The translations under genes and the position numbers were made by a program. 64,000 nucleotides of DNA. Source: Guillardia theta CCMP2712. Taxonomy: Eukaryota; Protista; Cryptophyta. The stretch lies in contig NW_005434671.1 in NCBI RefSeq assembly GCF_000315625.1, positions 476,078 through 540,077 of the forward strand. Reading direction: 5' to 3'. Below, in pieces: positions 60,103 to 64,000 of this stretch (its first letter is position 1; each line of letters opens with the position of its first letter). A model generated the notes under the pieces. That model was not told the origin of the DNA. It was given only the letters and a program-made list of their open reading frames with translations, and searched no databases.

Positions 60103-61563
60103 CTTACTTCGCTAGTTGACGAGCCCAACTTTCTGGCTCAGCAGAATGAAACCATTACAGTAAATACTTTAGCGACTCACTGTGGCCGTGATCAAACTCG
60201 GTAGTCAGTTGCCTGGCGCGGCACTGGGGGCCCGTCCGGTCCTCCCAGAGACCGGCCTGTGCGGCCGTGCCAGCCATGCGGAACCGCGGCAGGGCCTTCC
60301 GAGCCGCGGGCCGGCTGCAACCGGCGGACATCCACTGAAGTGGAAGTTCCGAAGTTGTACGGCCCAAGGGTGACTAGGTTGCGGGCATCATACCATTGCT
60401 CTCAGTACTTCTGATTGAGGGTCATGCCCGTGGGGTCTGTCACAATGACATCGTGCGGCACTGAAGATCGGCCGGCTCACGGCAGCGGGGCCCTCTCCTC
60501 ATAATGACTTAGTGGCCCGGGCTATCGTGACCGCATGCTTGCAACAGTTCTTGTCGGTAGCCGAAGAGACAACAAAAAGAAGCAGAAAGCGACGAGTCCA
60601 GCCAGCTTTCTCGTGGGCTGCTCGGCAACTTCATCTATCTCCTTGGGCAACATGAGCAGAGATCGTTCCTGTTGTATCTTGGACTTGCGTTACCAGATCG
60701 TTCCTGTTGTATCTTGGACTTATGTTAATAGCAGCTCGCTGGCACCGTCAAGTCTCAGGGCGGTGACAGGCTGGGTCCGAGGCTACGGTCAGGCTGATAT
60801 GATAGAACCGTCAGGAACTTGAACCAGCCTTTCAGTCCCGGCCGTTTCCCACTTCAGCTGCCTCCCACCTGCGATTGTTGTGCTACAGCTTTAGATCCAT
60901 CGGCGGCAAGCAGCGTCTCTCACCTGGCCAAATGTCGTCATCGAGCAGCTCTATGGACGACTGCGCATGAGCAATGTACTGTAGCTCTCAGCGACATCTG
61001 CTGGGAGGCTGACATGGTTACGCTGCTTCATCAGCAAGGAGTTCGGCACACCCGGACCCACGTCCCTCAGCATGGCCCCACCATCAGACACATGGGCGAC
61101 CTCTGGCTCTCTGGCCCTTTCCAATCCGATGATCGTGAGTTGAAAAAGAGCAGGCGGTGGGATCTCATGCTTGTGCAGACGTTCGTTCGTCTCCTATCGT
61201 CCTCGACCTTTCTTCCTTTCTTCCCTGCCCTCTGCTGGGCTCCGAATCTGAAATTCTGGATGAAATTATCACACCCCGTAACCGTCTGTAGACTTCTGAG
61301 AGCCTCGAGCTCCCTGCCAACGTGACTGCCATCTTCTCACCCAGCCTTCCGCCCCCCCCCCCCCTTCTTTCGGCGCTATAGCCATTGTTTGGTTCACGGT
61401 TAAAAACAAAGTCACGCCAAATATTGGGGTGGGTGGTCTGATCTGAGATATAGGGGTAGTCGATGTGAGAGGGGGGTGGGGGTGGGGGGGGAACTTTCAG
61501 AATCCGTTGCTACAAAGAAAGATATTGAACCGTCGGTGTAACGGTTATCATACAGGCGCTAAA

Positions 61564-63023
61564 ATGGCTGATATCCGAGTGCGGACCACCGAGGTAAGAG
61601 AAGAGCAAGAGGAGAAGAGAGAGGGGAACAGGCGGAGCATAACGAGACATGGGAAATGGAAGACTTGATGGAAGTGGATGGGAGAGGAGAGGAGAGGAGA
61701 GGAGAGGAGAGGAGAGGAGAGGAGAGGAGAGGATGGGCCAGTAGAGCAGGTTTAGAGGTGGAGCAGCGATCTAGCAGCAAAGGAGGAGATCAAGAGTTCA
61801 CGCCCTGAATGGGGAGGATAGAAGATGAGTAGGTGACAAGAGAAGCTTCAGAAGTAGAAACAGGATGGACCAAGGCAGGTCAAGACGGAGGAGGTGCAAA
61901 ACACGAGCAAATACGAGCGAAGCCGAGCAACCAGTCCAAGGGAAGGATAGGAGAGCAATGATGATGTAGGAGATCCAACAGATGGAACGAATTACTCTGC
62001 AAAACCAAGGAGGTGCTCTTCATCAATACCGGAGAAGGAATGATAGAGAGGCGGGGGAGATAGTTGCATATAGGCACCCCACTGAAGGGTCAGCTGATGT
62101 AGAGAGCGGGTCATTCTGTTTGCGTGGTCGTGGACGAGAGTCATTTGCGGTCTCCTCAATCTCTGCCACCGATGACCCTGGGACAGGACCGAGAGATCAG
62201 GATATGCCTGCCGTCCGATGCCACCGTTGCGCACCTGGCAGAGAAGGTCAAGGGAACGCGTCTGGTGGGCGACTGCTGAAGTGGCGCAGGTTCTAGAGCA
62301 CGAGGACGCGTCTCTGAATACAATGATAAGGCTGATTTACGGTGGACAGCTCCTCCTTCCTGGTCTTGACTGCATCGCCCCCTTCCCTCTTGGATTCTGA
62401 CTTTGATGCCGCAGCAAGGTCAGTCAGGTCGTACAACATCCGAGGGGTAGTGCATGCCGTGATGTCCGAGGCACCAGCTTCGATGATGGCAGGGCGGCCG
62501 CAAGATGGTGTGCATGGGCAGGTTGAATGGGATGATTCTGACTGCTCTTTGCTGCTCAGGTGCAGCTGCGCAGCAGCAGCAGCCTCACGCAGTTAGCGGA
62601 CAGAGCAGGCCACAGAGTTCACTGGGGGAGGAGATCCAGGGGGAGCTGCTAAATCAGCTGATGATCAAAGTCCCTCCCGGGCTCCTTCTGTTGCTGGGTT
62701 GGCTTGCCTTCATCCAGACCAACGGCGAACTTTTCTCTCGCTTCTCCACTCTTGTCTTGTTGTTCCTGACCGCCGAGTACCTTCACTTCGTCTTCCCTCA
62801 CTTCCTGTTTTCTCGCTCCGAGTCCTCGTCAAGAAGGACAAGAAGCCAAGGCAACGGGGCTCAGGTGGATTCCTGTCTGCCTATCTACCACCCCTCCATC
62901 CCGTCCCTTGACGGTCCCACCCCCCCTGCATCCTTTCCTGTCCCTTCCTTTGCTGACTCACTTAGCAGCTCATGGAGAGCTCTCATGGGTCAGTCGGGGG
63001 GTCCTCGGGCTCTTTCCCAGTAA
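61564..63023 (+). CDS. Ubiquitin-like domain + transmembrane protein (TMUB/Dsc3-like)
   Basis: MADIRVRTTE, ATVAHL, IRLIYGGQLL and YNIRGVVHAV, followed by two hydrophobic helices. Confidence 0.65.
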
Positions 63024-63270
63024 TCTCATGGCTGGCGCTCGGGGCAGTGTCGGTGGGAATGTTCGCAGTGGTTTTACAGCTTCAGGCATGAGCCTTGGAT
63101 GATTTTTTTTGGGTCGGGCCGATGGGTAGGAGGGAGGGTGGGGAGAGGCTATCCGGAGAGTGAGTGAGAGTGAGTTTCCAGAAGATTGTACATTTATTTT
63201 GTTGTTGTCAACAAGACAAACTACATACTTTGATGATTCGAATTCTGTTCCCTCTGTAGAGTACTGTATC

Positions 63271-64000
63271 TCACAAGCTCTCCTTGATCTGTGTCATGAC
63301 CTTGTGACGATCTCTATCCTTGACCCTGTTCCTCGCCTTCCTCTTCCAGTCTGCTCCTTCACCATTCTTCGCTGCCCGGCTCTTGACATCCTGGTTGCCC
63401 TTGCTCTTGCTCGTCGACGGCTTCCCACTGAACCGCCAGGCTCGTCGGATGTCATTGTCTCTGTCATATTGCGATTCAGCTGCGCCATTAGCAGGACGCA
63501 TTACGCTCTCCTGTTCCTTGCCCTGCTCCGCTCCTTCCGCTTCTTCCGCTTCCTCTCCTTCGCTTTGCGCGTCAATGGAAGCCAGCTCGGGCATGTTCTT
63601 GCCATCTCCCTCGCCCGTCTCCTCAACCGCACCATCCTCACCGTCTTCTCCATCAGCCGCTTGTAGCTTCTGGAATTCACTTCCTCCAAACGAAATCTTC
63701 TCGGTTTGCCTCGTTCCGTCCTCAGCAACATCGCTGTAGGCTCTCTCTTCCTTATCTCCACCTTCTTCCTCCACCGCCTGCCCCTCCTCCTCCTCCTCCT
63801 CCTCCTCCTCCTCCTCCTCCTCCTCTTCACCGCTGCTTCTGTCTTCACCAGCATCCATGTCATCATGGGCGGACTTCTGACGGTAACTTTCCATCGCTTC
63901 ATCGAACATGTTCGTCTCTTCCCTTGAGAATCCACTGGCCGCAACCAACTTGTCAAGGTCCATGACACGGACTCCACAGTCAGCCAAGCTGGGGATTGAG
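63271..64000 (-). CDS. RIOK2: 3' end of a probable RIO2 kinase (truncated by the window edge)
   Basis: LDKLVAASGFS followed by an acidic tract and a basic RNRVK tail resembles RIO2 C-termini. The kinase domain would lie outside the window. Confidence 0.55.
   Translation of the reverse strand, partial: SIPSLADCGVRVMDLDKLVAASGFSREETNMFDEAMESYRQKSAHDDMDAGEDRSSGEEEEEEEEEEEEEEEGQAVEEEGGDKEERAYSDVAEDGTRQTEKISFGGSEFQKLQAADGEDGEDGAVEETGEGDGKNMPELASIDAQSEGEEAEEAEGAEQGKEQESVMRPANGAAESQYDRDNDIRRAWRFSGKPSTSKSKGNQDVKSRAAKNGEGADWKRKARNRVKDRDRHKVMTQIKESL

Noticed and set aside
60660-60721. ~27-bp direct repeat AGATCGTTCCTGTTGTATCTTGGACTT, two copies
   Set aside because: A simple local duplication with no element between the copies to suggest a target-site duplication.

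Overview
This is gene-dense eukaryotic nuclear DNA with many short introns (mostly ~40-60 nt, GT-AG plus some probable GC-AG), intronic microsatellites and a bipartite 'AF' plastid-targeting presequence. That pattern fits a cryptophyte alga such as Guillardia theta (inference). Recognisable genes: Mn-type SOD, a GNAT-BRCT protein, an RsuA-type pseudouridine synthase, PDI-C/ERGIC3, a MAP kinase, a TPR protein, MCM4, a PPR-SMR protein, a TLC-domain protein, PYM1, a kinesin, an SDH6-like protein, Vps55, RBM22, guanine deaminase, PYROXD1, an ARM-TIR protein, a TMUB-like protein and the 3' end of RIO2. The top finding is a gene the ORF track misses (4359-5222, +). It has two exons, encodes 108 aa resembling UPF0728/C10orf53, carries an in-frame TGA in the motif FGNYMS-U-G, and is followed by a canonical type II SECIS hairpin at 5246-5316. 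It is therefore a candidate unannotated selenoprotein, and it lies head-to-head with an MnSOD whose presequence includes a twin-arginine thylakoid-lumen signal. Other highlights: a circularly permuted duplication carrying a putative PD-(D/E)XK nuclease gene with an expanded 52-aa repeat, fold-back templated micro-insertions in GC-rich intergenic blocks, and a homologue of the 'plant-specific' SDH6. All exon structures were read by eye, so boundaries are approximate unless stated.
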